From assembly GCA_963991145.1 (NCBI GenBank), contig CAXDOZ010000002.1, positions 1 to 63,235 of the forward strand: a stretch of DNA of 63,235 nt, in the 5' to 3' direction. How positions within the stretch are numbered: the stretch's first letter is position 1; each line of letters starts with the position of its first letter. Made by a program: the position numbers and the translations under genes. This DNA comes from an uncultured Chitinophagales bacterium (GTDB lineage Bacteria > Bacteroidota > Bacteroidia > Chitinophagales > JABDMM01). This document shows positions 27,785 through 37,689 of this stretch, piece by piece. The notes beneath the pieces are model-generated. The model was not told where the DNA came from. It saw only the letters and a list, made by a program, of their open reading frames with translations, and searched no databases.

Positions 27785-29314
27785 CTATAGGTCGAACTTG
27801 ATACCCTGAGCAAGTGGAAGCTCAGTGCTCCAATTCAGAGTATTCGTTTGACGACGCATATACGCTTTCCAGGCATCAGAGCCCGACTCACGACCTCCTC
27901 CGGTTTCTTTCTCACCACCAAAGGCTCCTCCAATCTCTGCTCCGGAGGTTCCGATGTTTACGTTTGCGATTCCACAATCAGATCCTTTATGTGAAAGGAA
28001 GGTCTCCACTTCACGCATATTCAAACTCATGATAGCAGAGCTTAGGCCTTGCTTCACTCCATTCTGCATTCCGATTGCCTCGTTTAGATCACTATACTTC
28101 ATGATGTAGAGGATAGGAGCGAAGGTCTCATGCTGAACGATCTGCATTTCATTTTTCACTTCTGCAATTGCTGGCTTAACGTAACAGCCGCTTTCATATC
28201 CAGGCCCTTCAAGAACACCTCCTTCAACCAGGATAGATCCACCCTGATCTACAATCGCTTTAAGAGCGCTGTTATAGTTGTCAACAGCATCGGTATCGAT
28301 CAATGGACCAACGTGGTTGTTCTCATCCAATGGATCTCCAATTCTTACCTGCTTGTAGGCATTCGCCAATTTATTCTTTACATCATCGTAGATCGAATCG
28401 TGAATGATAAGCCTTCTCGTACTCGTACATCTTTGTCCGCATGTTCCTACGGCACCGAAAACGATACCAGGGATAGCAAGGTCAAGATCTGCGTGCTGAG
28501 AAATGATGATTGCATTATTCCCGCCAAGCTCCAATAGAGTCTTTCCAAGTCTTGCTCCAACAGCCTGAGCAACGATCTTACCCATTCGAGTAGATCCAGT
28601 TGCGCTCACCAGTGCAACGCGCTCATCTGAGGTCATCATTTCACCAACTTTATAATCTCCTACCAGCAGGCATGAAACTCCTTCGGGGATGTCATTCTTC
28701 TTCAAGACATCCTGAATGATTCGTTGACAGGCGATTCCGCAAAGAGGTGCTTTCTCGCTGGGCTTCCAAACACAAACATTTCCGCAGATCCAGGCGAGCA
28801 TGCTGTTCCATGCCCAAACGGCAACCGGGAAGTTAAAGGCTGTAATGATCCCTACAATTCCAAGAGGGTGATACTGCTCGTACATTCTGTGCAAAGGGCG
28901 CTCAGAGTGCATAGTAAATCCGTGAAGCTGACGCGAAAGACCAACTGCGAAATCACAGATGTCGATCATTTCCTGAACTTCACCGTATCCTTCCTGCAGG
29001 CTCTTTCCCATCTCATAGGAAACCAGCTTTCCAAGAGGTTCTTTATTCTCCCGAAGTGCTTCAGCCATCTGACGAACAATCTCTCCACGCTGTGGAGCAG
29101 GGATCATTCTCCATGTTTCAAATGCGCTTTCCGCTGTCTCAATTATTTGATTGTATTCAGAGGCATCCGCACCGCGAACGCTACCAATAGTTTTTCCATC
29201 AACCGGTGACCAGGAAGTGAATGTTTCTCCATTCCCATTCATCCAATTCAAACCGGTTCCTACACCGCTGTTCTCAGCTTCAATGCCGAAGTGTTTCAAT
29301 ACATCTGCGATCAT
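27785..29314 (-). CDS. Aldehyde dehydrogenase, ALDH7 (piperideine-6-carboxylate / aminoadipate-semialdehyde dehydrogenase)-like
   Basis: 509 aa with ELGGNNA, catalytic Cys in GTCGQRCTSTRRL and ALDH7-like PAPQRGEIVRQ near the N-terminus. Confidence 0.85.
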   Translation of the reverse strand: MIADVLKHFGIEAENSGVGTGLNWMNGNGETFTSWSPVDGKTIGSVRGADASEYNQIIETAESAFETWRMIPAPQRGEIVRQMAEALRENKEPLGKLVSYEMGKSLQEGYGEVQEMIDICDFAVGLSRQLHGFTMHSERPLHRMYEQYHPLGIVGIITAFNFPVAVWAWNSMLAWICGNVCVWKPSEKAPLCGIACQRIIQDVLKKNDIPEGVSCLLVGDYKVGEMMTSDERVALVSATGSTRMGKIVAQAVGARLGKTLLELGGNNAIIISQHADLDLAIPGIVFGAVGTCGQRCTSTRRLIIHDSIYDDVKNKLANAYKQVRIGDPLDENNHVGPLIDTDAVDNYNSALKAIVDQGGSILVEGGVLEGPGYESGCYVKPAIAEVKNEMQIVQHETFAPILYIMKYSDLNEAIGMQNGVKQGLSSAIMSLNMREVETFLSHKGSDCGIANVNIGTSGAEIGGAFGGEKETGGGRESGSDAWKAYMRRQTNTLNWSTELPLAQGIKFDL

Positions 29315-29378
29315 GATTTCAATTTTGCCGCTAATTTAGAAAAAGGCTTAAGTCAATCTCATTGATAGAGAAAGGCTT

Positions 29379-30320
29379 TTAGAAAAGATATCCACCTGAA
29401 GACTCAAAAAGCCTGAGATAATCTTTCAGACCACTTTCAAGTGTCATAAACTCCTGAGCATATCCAGCTTCACGTAAATGACTTAGATCCGCTTCTGTGA
29501 ACTCCTGATATTTTCCTTTCAGATCATCTGGAAATGGAATGAATTCAATCTCAGTGCCGGGAAGTTCATTTGATATAACCTCCGCCATCTCTTTGAATGA
29601 CCTGGCCTGACCCGTGCCTACATTAAAGATCCCAGTATGTGGATTTTCAAGGAAATGCAGGTTCACTTTTACGATATCCTCCACTGAGATAAAATCTCTT
29701 TTAAAGCCATCGCTGCCTTCAAAGATCTTTAGTCTGGCATTTTCCTTTGCCTGATTAAAAAGGTGAAAAGGGACAGATGCCATCCGCCCTTTGTGATTCT
29801 CTTGAGGGCCATAAACATTAAAGTATCTGAAACCTGTAGCTGTAGATTTTAGCCCTTCGGGCCGATTGATCGCTCTGCGCAGGAACTGATCAAAAAGTAG
29901 TTTAGACTCTCCGTAAAGGTTTAATGGAGCTTCGCAATCGGCTTCCTCTCTGAAGCCATTATCTCCATTTCCGTATACAGCCGCGGAGCTGGCGAAAATG
30001 AAAGGGATCTCAAGTTCCTGTGCGTGATTGAAAAGTGCAAAGGTGTAGCCCGTATTCTGACGTAGAATATAGTCTGGTCGACTCTCAGTAGTATCGGCGC
30101 AAGCCCCCTGGTGAAGGATAGCCGTGAGATTTTTATAGTCCTGATGCTTTTCAAGGAACTCCTCAATACCAATGATCTCCTGGTATTTCAGACCCTTTAT
30201 ATTTCTTTCTTTTGCTCCATTGAGATCGTCAACAAGTATGAGATTATCATAACCCGCCTTATTTAATCCGTAGACCAAATTGCTTCCTATGAATCCGGCT
30301 GCTCCGGTAACAACGATCAT
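29379..30320 (-). CDS. hldD: ADP-L-glycero-D-manno-heptose 6-epimerase
   Basis: 313 aa with MIVVTGAAGFIGSNL, catalytic YGESK and overall HldD/RfaD-like sequence. Confidence 0.9.
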   Translation of the reverse strand: MIVVTGAAGFIGSNLVYGLNKAGYDNLILVDDLNGAKERNIKGLKYQEIIGIEEFLEKHQDYKNLTAILHQGACADTTESRPDYILRQNTGYTFALFNHAQELEIPFIFASSAAVYGNGDNGFREEADCEAPLNLYGESKLLFDQFLRRAINRPEGLKSTATGFRYFNVYGPQENHKGRMASVPFHLFNQAKENARLKIFEGSDGFKRDFISVEDIVKVNLHFLENPHTGIFNVGTGQARSFKEMAEVISNELPGTEIEFIPFPDDLKGKYQEFTEADLSHLREAGYAQEFMTLESGLKDYLRLFESSGGYLF

Positions 30321-31246
30321 TTTAGGTCGATTTCGTCAGCACTTACTACTGCGGTTCCAAACTTCGCTATCACAATTCCTGCAGCCTTATTTGCCAGACT
30401 TGCAGATTCTTTAAAAGACATTCCTTTAGATAAGCCAACAGCTAGTGCAGCAATCACTGTATCCCCGGCTCCACTGATATCAAAGACCTCTTTGGCTTCA
30501 GTTGGGATATGGCTTACTTCATTTTCAGAGATAAGACTCATTCCTTTCTCAGATCTCGTCACAAGAAGGTGTTCAATCTGGTAGTGCTTTCTTAGTTCTT
30601 TCCCTACTGCTTCTATTGCGCTATCCTCATTAGGGAACTCAGCTCCGGCAGCAGCTTTAAACTCTTTGAAGTTAGGACTGATAAGCGTTGCACCGCGATA
30701 GGCTTCCCAATCGACCCGTTTAGGGTCAACTAAAACCTGAATACCCTTTTCGAAGGAGGAAGTGATAATGTGAGAAAGGACAGCATCGCTTAGCATTCCT
30801 TTTCCATAATCAGATACTACTATCAGGGAAGCATCACCAAGATGATGATCGAAGAGAGTTTTTATTGCAAGATCCTGTCCGGATTGGTCTTCACTTGGAG
30901 ATTCAAAATCCAGTCTTGCTATTTGTTGCTTATCCGCGATCACTCTGGTTTTAAGAGTGGTTGGATGGAAACCAACAGCCGAAAAAAAACGGACTCCTTT
31001 CTCAGAGCATAGATCTTCTAAGGTCTCGGCATTAGAATCCTGACCGACAGAGCCGATCAGCATTGACTCGCCGATCAGACTGCTGATATTATGTGCAACA
31101 TTTGCTGCTCCTCCCAGTCGGTAGATATCTTGTTTAACCTGGACGACAGGAACTGGAGCTTCTGGTGAAACACGGCTTACCTGACCGCTTAAGTATTGGT
31201 CGAGCATTACATCACCTATAGTCGCTATGAGTTTTTGAGTGTTCAG
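30317..31246 (-). CDS. hldA: D-glycero-beta-D-manno-heptose-7-phosphate kinase (RfaE domain I only, PfkB fold)
   Basis: Carries SPEAPVPVV and the PfkB signature GAGDTVIAALAVG. The first ATG is at 31205-31207, but the conserved KLIATIGDVMLD strand starts upstream of it. The 5' end is therefore uncertain; I drew it at the in-frame CTG at 31244-31246. Confidence 0.8.
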   Translation of the reverse strand: MNTQKLIATIGDVMLDQYLSGQVSRVSPEAPVPVVQVKQDIYRLGGAANVAHNISSLIGESMLIGSVGQDSNAETLEDLCSEKGVRFFSAVGFHPTTLKTRVIADKQQIARLDFESPSEDQSGQDLAIKTLFDHHLGDASLIVVSDYGKGMLSDAVLSHIITSSFEKGIQVLVDPKRVDWEAYRGATLISPNFKEFKAAAGAEFPNEDSAIEAVGKELRKHYQIEHLLVTRSEKGMSLISENEVSHIPTEAKEVFDISGAGDTVIAALAVGLSKGMSFKESASLANKAAGIVIAKFGTAVVSADEIDLK

Positions 31247-31273
31247 ATCCTTGAAATTTGAGCCGAAATTAAG

Positions 31274-34200
31274 CTAGTTCTTCATACTATTTATGATGTC
31301 GAAGGGATTCAATCGCGTAAGATCAAGTGTGAAAGTGATTCTGTGACCGTATTTGTTGATCCCGTATAGCTCTTGATTCTCTTTGATATTGTTGGTGGTC
31401 ACAAATGGGAAATGCACTGCCAATACCTCTGGAATAATTGCGATAGATGCACCTAATTCTGCAAATGCGGCTATCTCTCCATCTACGAATACTTCCCCAA
31501 CTCCTATGCTTGCGAAGGGTCGTATGGGTAGTTTCCAAACAAAGGAACTGGCAAGATTCATAGTAACGATCCATTCATCTGTGGTGGCGGGAATCAATGA
31601 TCTGAATCCACCATCTACGATTGCTGTTTGTCGTCTCGAGAAAGATCCATAGCCACTTCTATCGAGATAGATCTGATCGAATGTATGGTCGCTGGGGAAG
31701 CGTTCAGCAACATTCACATTAGTAGGTGACATTGCCGCTGTAAACCTTCTGTTTGGAGGAACTGGCCCATACGTTGGATTATTCACCGGTGAGGCATCCT
31801 TCAGGAAAACTCCACCAAAGAATCTAAGGTCAAGTCCTTTCCTGGGATTAGGGTAATTGATCTTTATTCTACTTGTGGTCTGAATGGCTATGAAATCAGT
31901 ACAGTGTTGCCAGGTGGCAGAGAAGCTGTAAGGCATTCTAACCCTGCTATCGCGAAGGGCGTATTTTATCTCATTGGTATGGTAGTACTGCAACACTTCC
32001 TCCTCCTGATTGGTATTGGAATTAGTTGCTTTGAAATCCTGAAGGATGTTGATGCTTCTATAGCTCAACTTATGCTCAAATGAGCTGGTGGGATCCTTCT
32101 TCTTGAAAGTGAGTTCAATTTTTGGAGTGATCTTATTGAAAGCCAGAAACTTCGTGTTTCCTGCTTCATCATCGTACCAATGGTTATAGTTGAAGCGCAT
32201 GGTGTTTAGCTCGATTCTGACACGCTGCAACTTCTTTGGGTACCAGTTATAAGCTAATTGAGCCATTCCGGTAATGTCAATCACTCCGGTTGAGAATAAT
32301 GGCATAACTCGATATTCGAAAGGGACCCGTGGTGCGATAGAGTTATAGAATGCCACCCCAACCATTGTCTTATCGTAATTATTCCACCCCACGATCGGCA
32401 TCCAGTAAATGTGTTTCCTCTTAGGATTCTCAATGGTTCCCAGCATTTGGAACTTACGCTTGACCTTCATTTTCTCTCCACTTCCCTTCAGGGCAGAGAA
32501 ATTGTCGAAACGGAAAAGGTCCTGAGAGATATAGTCGGCATCAACATGGGCTTTTGTGATACCGGGTTTCATTATCAGACTTTGCTTTTCCTCAAATCCT
32601 TCGGTCCAAATAGTGTAGCTCGTATCTGCTTCCCAAACAGTCATTGGGTATGGTATCGCAAAGTCACCTTTGTTCACCATTTCAATAGTGGGCTGATCTC
32701 CATCCATGTAGAACTTCTTCATTCTGAGATCTACCTTTCCCGTACTGCCCAGTAACTCATCAAAAAACCAGGTCAGGGAATCCCCATGTTCTTCAATGAC
32801 ATGGGCCTGAAAATCTTCCGGACCGGGGTGTTTGAATTTCCAGTTTTCATAATAGCTCTTCATGATCCTGTCAAACTCTTCAGTTCCCAGATATTGCTCG
32901 AGATATCTAAAGGACCTACCGGTCTTGGAGTAGATCATTGCCCCGTAATTATATGAGGTGAATTCTTCCGAGTGCAGATTACTGGATTGGTCTTCATTTT
33001 CTCTGGCCACCCATAGGTATGAGAAATCACTCAAGTAATCCCAGCTGATATCTGCAAGGTCTCCAAGATTTGCGATCTCATCAGGAACCGTCCCTCCGGT
33101 AAAATTCATATGCGGAAAGTACTCTCTTACATACCTGCTCTCGTAGTAAGTATTCATCCCCTCATCCATCCATGGATTGTCTCTTTCATTGCTGGCTAGA
33201 ATTCCATAGAACCAATTGTGTCCAACCTCGTGCATGATGACAAGCTCAGTAATGAACTTGTTTGGGTACTCCCCAATGACTGTGATCATTGGATACTCCA
33301 TCCCGCCTCCGGCGGAAATGGTGCCATCAACAGCCGATGCCTGTGGATAGGGATAAGGACCAACATTTTTAGAGTAAAACTCCACAGAGCGCTTTAAATA
33401 GAATGCAGACTTCTCCCAAACCTTTTTGTTGTAGTTCGTATAGTAAGCGTACACGGGAATCTGCGTGCCATCTTCGAGAACTGCAGTATCGATGTTTACC
33501 ATCCAACGCTTATCTGCAAACCATCCAAAATCATGAACGTCATCTGCTATAAAGTGCCAGGTTCTGGTTTCCTCATTTGAGGGAGGGAACTTATTATTCG
33601 GAATAGCATTCTTTCCCTGCCTCCAGCGCTCTTCTATAAAATCCCAATTCTCTGAGATCTGCTGAACCCCTGATGCGGCAACTATGTAGTTGGATGGTAA
33701 AGTGATCTTAATATCAAATGACCCAAATTCTGAGTAGAACTCTCCCTGGTTCAAATAGGGCATGGGGTGCCATCCATCTTTATCATACACTGCGGGCTTT
33801 GGATACCACTGGGTGATTTGATAGGATTGATCTACATGACCAAGTCGGGAGAAGTTATTTGGGATCTTAACCCGGAAAGGACTTTCGATCTTTAAGGAAT
33901 CTCCGGGAGCCAGGGCTTTGGCTAGTCTGAGAATCCCAATATCCGGATTGATGGAATCTCGCTGAAAGAAGATCGTATTTGTTGGAGAGCTGAATGAAAG
34001 CTGGTCTATGAAACCTTGTTCTTCAGGTTTTGCGTTGAATAAGGAGAGGTCTCCCTGTTTCATCATCTGCTTCGCGAGTGCTGTCTTTGGATCAGAGTAT
34101 GCATTTGGCCAAAGGTGGATGTAGATTATCTCCAGAGTATCAGGCGATTGATTGTGATACATCATGGCCCAGTCCCCAGTTAGTAGATGTAATTGATCAT

Positions 34201-34315
34201 CGAGGCTAAGCTTGATCTCGTAATCCACAATTTGTTGGAAATAATCATCCCCCTGAGCAAATGAAATGGAGGAGATTAAAAGTGCAAAAAGGGCGAATTT
34301 GATCCTTGACCTCAT
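31274..34315 (-). CDS. M1-family zinc metallopeptidase with signal peptide and a long beta-rich C-terminal extension
   Basis: 1013 aa with signal peptide ending ISFAQ, GGMEYP exopeptidase-like motif, HEVGHNWFYG (HExxH) and WMDEG third zinc ligand. Confidence 0.85.
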   Translation of the reverse strand: MRSRIKFALFALLISSISFAQGDDYFQQIVDYEIKLSLDDQLHLLTGDWAMMYHNQSPDTLEIIYIHLWPNAYSDPKTALAKQMMKQGDLSLFNAKPEEQGFIDQLSFSSPTNTIFFQRDSINPDIGILRLAKALAPGDSLKIESPFRVKIPNNFSRLGHVDQSYQITQWYPKPAVYDKDGWHPMPYLNQGEFYSEFGSFDIKITLPSNYIVAASGVQQISENWDFIEERWRQGKNAIPNNKFPPSNEETRTWHFIADDVHDFGWFADKRWMVNIDTAVLEDGTQIPVYAYYTNYNKKVWEKSAFYLKRSVEFYSKNVGPYPYPQASAVDGTISAGGGMEYPMITVIGEYPNKFITELVIMHEVGHNWFYGILASNERDNPWMDEGMNTYYESRYVREYFPHMNFTGGTVPDEIANLGDLADISWDYLSDFSYLWVARENEDQSSNLHSEEFTSYNYGAMIYSKTGRSFRYLEQYLGTEEFDRIMKSYYENWKFKHPGPEDFQAHVIEEHGDSLTWFFDELLGSTGKVDLRMKKFYMDGDQPTIEMVNKGDFAIPYPMTVWEADTSYTIWTEGFEEKQSLIMKPGITKAHVDADYISQDLFRFDNFSALKGSGEKMKVKRKFQMLGTIENPKRKHIYWMPIVGWNNYDKTMVGVAFYNSIAPRVPFEYRVMPLFSTGVIDITGMAQLAYNWYPKKLQRVRIELNTMRFNYNHWYDDEAGNTKFLAFNKITPKIELTFKKKDPTSSFEHKLSYRSINILQDFKATNSNTNQEEEVLQYYHTNEIKYALRDSRVRMPYSFSATWQHCTDFIAIQTTSRIKINYPNPRKGLDLRFFGGVFLKDASPVNNPTYGPVPPNRRFTAAMSPTNVNVAERFPSDHTFDQIYLDRSGYGSFSRRQTAIVDGGFRSLIPATTDEWIVTMNLASSFVWKLPIRPFASIGVGEVFVDGEIAAFAELGASIAIIPEVLAVHFPFVTTNNIKENQELYGINKYGHRITFTLDLTRLNPFDIINSMKN

Positions 34316-34464
34316 AATGATTGTTATAAGGTTGAAAATTAGTGCATTCTAACTGAGATTTTCCCGGCGGTGGTCAGGACTATCTGCTTTTAGATTAATT
34401 TTGCACCCACTGGTTGGGACGCAAGATCTTGAGTATTAATTCCTAACCATTAAATGTTCTATGC

Positions 34465-35880
34465 ATGTTTGAGAGAGAGGATGATGACTTTTCAAGAGAT
34501 GATATTGCTTCAATGGTGAAGCAATTCGAAGAGGCACTAGAAAACAATATTCAGGCCTTCTTCGATCACTCTGCTTTCGAATACATTATTGATTATTACG
34601 AGGATCAAAGAGAGTACGATCGCGCTCTTGCTGCAGTGGATGCAGCTTTGTCCCAATACCCATTTTCTTCAGGCTTAATGACAAAACAGGCGCAACTCCT
34701 TGCTGAGGAGCGCAGATATGATGAAGCATGGGAGATTCTTGACAAGGCTGAAACTCTGGATCCAAATGAGTTGAACATATTCCTTGTGAGAGCAGATATC
34801 TGTGTTTGGATGGGCAAGCACGAGGAAGCGGTTCGTCAGATCCAAAAGGCATTGGATATCACGGATGAATCAGAACACGATGATATCTATCTGGAATTAG
34901 CGGATGTTTACGAGGATTGGGAGAAATATCTCGAGGTCATCGACTGCATGAAGAAAGCTCTCTACATCAATCCAAAGAATCCGGAAGCTCTGAACCGAAT
35001 TTGGTTTGCCTATGAGCTTACAGAGGATTACGAAGATTCGATGAAGTTCCACACCGAGTTTATCGATATTGAGCCATACAGCTTTATTGCCTGGTATAAT
35101 CTCGCTCATGCTTGCGCAGGGTTAGGATTGTACGACAAGGCCAAAGAGGCATTCGATTATGCTATTGCGATCAATGAGCGCTTTGATGCTGCCTACACTG
35201 ATTGTGGGGATCTGTTATTTAATGATGGTCGTTTCCGCGATGCCCTTGAATACTACCATGAAGTATTGAAATTCATGCAGGCTCCAAGGAAAGAGTTGCT
35301 GATCTCAATGGCATCCTGCTATTCGAAGTTGGAAGAGTATAAAAGGGCGCGGTACTACCTGCGCAAGTGTTTGAACTTAGATCCTGGCTACGCCGATGCC
35401 TATTACAGGATCGCAGAGAATTACAGAGAAGAGGAGAACTGGGAAAAGGCATTGACTTATTTCGATAGGGCGGTAAAACTTTCTCCAAAGGATACTGATT
35501 TCATGACTGGTCTGGCTGATGCTTACTTTAACCTTGGCAGAGCCGATGAATCAATAGAGCTTTATCAGCAGATCGTTGATCTTGACCCGAGAGACCGTGA
35601 GCATTGGATCAATCTGGCGGCAGCCTTATTCGATTCTGAAGCTTATGAGGAATCACTTGAGGTTCTTGAGAAATCTGAGAAGCTCTTTGGAGATAATGCT
35701 TACATCTTCTATGTGAAAGCTGCCTTCCAATACTACCTCGGACATAAAAGCGAAGCTTTAGTGAATCTTCAAAAGGGTTTGCTAAAAAACTACGGGGACC
35801 ACCTGCTCATCTTCAGCATCAATCCCGATATGGAACAGGATGCCGATGTGATGGAAGTGATAGAGCAGTACGGGATCTGA
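34465..35880 (+). CDS. Tetratricopeptide-repeat protein
   Basis: 471 aa of repeated 34-residue TPR-like units (A..Y..AL..DP...A). Confidence 0.8.
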   Translation: MFEREDDDFSRDDIASMVKQFEEALENNIQAFFDHSAFEYIIDYYEDQREYDRALAAVDAALSQYPFSSGLMTKQAQLLAEERRYDEAWEILDKAETLDPNELNIFLVRADICVWMGKHEEAVRQIQKALDITDESEHDDIYLELADVYEDWEKYLEVIDCMKKALYINPKNPEALNRIWFAYELTEDYEDSMKFHTEFIDIEPYSFIAWYNLAHACAGLGLYDKAKEAFDYAIAINERFDAAYTDCGDLLFNDGRFRDALEYYHEVLKFMQAPRKELLISMASCYSKLEEYKRARYYLRKCLNLDPGYADAYYRIAENYREEENWEKALTYFDRAVKLSPKDTDFMTGLADAYFNLGRADESIELYQQIVDLDPRDREHWINLAAALFDSEAYEESLEVLEKSEKLFGDNAYIFYVKAAFQYYLGHKSEALVNLQKGLLKNYGDHLLIFSINPDMEQDADVMEVIEQYGI

Positions 35881-35882
35881 TT

Positions 35883-35967
35883 TGCAAAATTGCAGATATG
35901 CAAAATTGCAAATTGATGTGCTGATGAATTTCCGGATTATCCCATTATCCTATTACCCCATTTTACG
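35883..35967 (+). repeat. Diverged third copy of the intergenic element also found at 40.4-40.7 kb
   Basis: Two TGCAAAATTGCA 12-mers (35883-35894, 35899-35910) are followed by four phased octamers ATTATCCC ATTATCCT ATTACCCC ATTTTACG (35936-35967). It shares the exact 20-mer CATTATCCTATTACCCCATT (35943-35962) with both copies at 40.4-40.7 kb. Confidence 0.6.
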
Positions 35968-35979
35968 TTTCTTTGCCCG

Positions 35980-36933
35980 ATGAATTACATCGCACTCTTT
36001 CTTAAAGGTGTTGCAATGGGCGCAGCCAATGTGATCCCGGGCGTTTCAGGAGGCACAATTGCCTTTGTTTCCGGTATTTACGAGCGCTTGATAAAAGCAA
36101 TCAAATCATTTGATCCCGAGGCTCTGAAGTTTCTCTTGAAGTTTGATCTGAAGGGTTTTGCTAAACACACCGATCTGCTTTGGTTAGGGGTCTTGTTTGC
36201 TGGAGTGGGAGCAAGTGTAATAACCCTGGCAAAGCTTCTTGAGTTTTTATTTTGTCGTTATGAGATTCTAACTCTCGCCTTCTTTTTCGGATTGATCCTG
36301 GCCTCTGTTTATCTGGTTGGGAAATACATTGAAAAGTGGAATACCCAAACCGTAGCTGGAGTGATAATCGGGACAGCAATTGCAGTTTCAATTGGCTTCC
36401 TCAGTCCGGCTAATGCAAATGATGGATTCATCTATGTTTTCATTTGTGGGATGGTAGCTATTAGCAGCATGATCCTTCCTGGACTGTCGGGATCATATGT
36501 CCTGCTATTAATGGGAAATTACCTTCTCATTCTTGGAGCTATCTCAAATCTTGAGTTTAAGATCCTAATACCTTTTGCTTTAGGATGCGGAATTGGATTA
36601 GTGGCATTCTCCAATCTTGTGGCATGGATGTTTGATAAGGCCCGAGATCTGGTAATGTCTCTGTTAACTGGATTTGTTTTTGGCTCGCTCTACATTATTT
36701 GGCCCTGGAAGACAACCGTCTTCAAAGAGAATTCGGCAGGAGAATTTATCGATAAGAAAGGAACTATTCTTTCAGCAGACCAGCTCTGCACTGAAGGAAT
36801 CGTTTTGAGTTATGAGCGATATCTACCGGGAATGGAACAAAACCTTATTCCTGCTCTTGGATTGATTCTGGCTGGTATTGGAGTTGTTCTTCTAATCGAG
36901 TTTCTGGGTAGGGATAAACCAGAAACGGCTTAG
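35980..36933 (+). CDS. DUF368-family integral membrane protein
   Basis: 317 aa with GAANVIPGVSGGTIAF and a second PGLSGSY half-repeat, characteristic of DUF368. Confidence 0.85.
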   Translation: MNYIALFLKGVAMGAANVIPGVSGGTIAFVSGIYERLIKAIKSFDPEALKFLLKFDLKGFAKHTDLLWLGVLFAGVGASVITLAKLLEFLFCRYEILTLAFFFGLILASVYLVGKYIEKWNTQTVAGVIIGTAIAVSIGFLSPANANDGFIYVFICGMVAISSMILPGLSGSYVLLLMGNYLLILGAISNLEFKILIPFALGCGIGLVAFSNLVAWMFDKARDLVMSLLTGFVFGSLYIIWPWKTTVFKENSAGEFIDKKGTILSADQLCTEGIVLSYERYLPGMEQNLIPALGLILAGIGVVLLIEFLGRDKPETA

Positions 36934-36951
36934 TCTCATTACCTTTCCAAA

Positions 36952-37689
36952 GTGGGAAATGAACGCACATTCGGACTGATCGGAGCGCAGCTCCAACACA
37001 GTTTTTCTCAAGACTATTTTAGAAGGAAGTTTAAGCAAGAAAGCATTGATGATGCCGATTACAAGAACTTCGAGCTCGGCGTAATAGATGAGTTTACTCA
37101 ACTGATCCTGGAGAATTACTGCATTCGCGGTTTGAATGTTACGATACCCTACAAGGAACAGATCATTCCATTTCTTGATGAGCTAGAGCCAGATGCAGCT
37201 GTCATTGGCGCGGTAAACACCATCCAATTCAAAGATGGTTTGCTAAAGGGTTTTAACACCGACCACATTGGCTTTAGAGACAGTTTGAAACCACTGTTGC
37301 TGGATCACCATAAGAAAGCTCTTGTACTTGGTACAGGTGGTTCGAGTAAAGCAGTGAGATTCGCTCTGGCAGAATTGGGGATTGAGATTTCAGGAGTGTC
37401 CAGAGATCCAAAAGAAGGTGACCTTTCCTACTTGCAGCTGACTTCAGAAATCATTTCAAATCACAAGTTGATCATCAATACGACTCCTCTGGGAATGTAT
37501 CCTGCTATAAATGATGCGCCTGAAATACCATATGATTCAATAGGAAGGAAACATCTGCTTTACGATCTGATCTACAATCCGGAGGAAACAGTCTTTCTCA
37601 GAAAGGGGAAGGAGAGAGGAGCAGAAGTGAAAAATGGAGAGGAGATGCTGATCCTGCAAGCTGAGGCTGCCTGGGATATCTGGAATTAA
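36952..37689 (+). CDS. aroE: Shikimate 5-dehydrogenase
   Basis: 245 aa with FGLIGAQLQHSFSQDYF, NVTIPYK and NAD(P)-binding LGTGGSSKAV. Confidence 0.85.
   Translation: MGNERTFGLIGAQLQHSFSQDYFRRKFKQESIDDADYKNFELGVIDEFTQLILENYCIRGLNVTIPYKEQIIPFLDELEPDAAVIGAVNTIQFKDGLLKGFNTDHIGFRDSLKPLLLDHHKKALVLGTGGSSKAVRFALAELGIEISGVSRDPKEGDLSYLQLTSEIISNHKLIINTTPLGMYPAINDAPEIPYDSIGRKHLLYDLIYNPEETVFLRKGKERGAEVKNGEEMLILQAEAAWDIWN

Noticed and set aside
28130-29209. Plus-strand ORFs of 135 and 161 aa inside the aldehyde dehydrogenase gene
   Set aside because: They lie antisense to a gene with unambiguous ALDH motifs. They have no motifs of their own and no independent expression signals.
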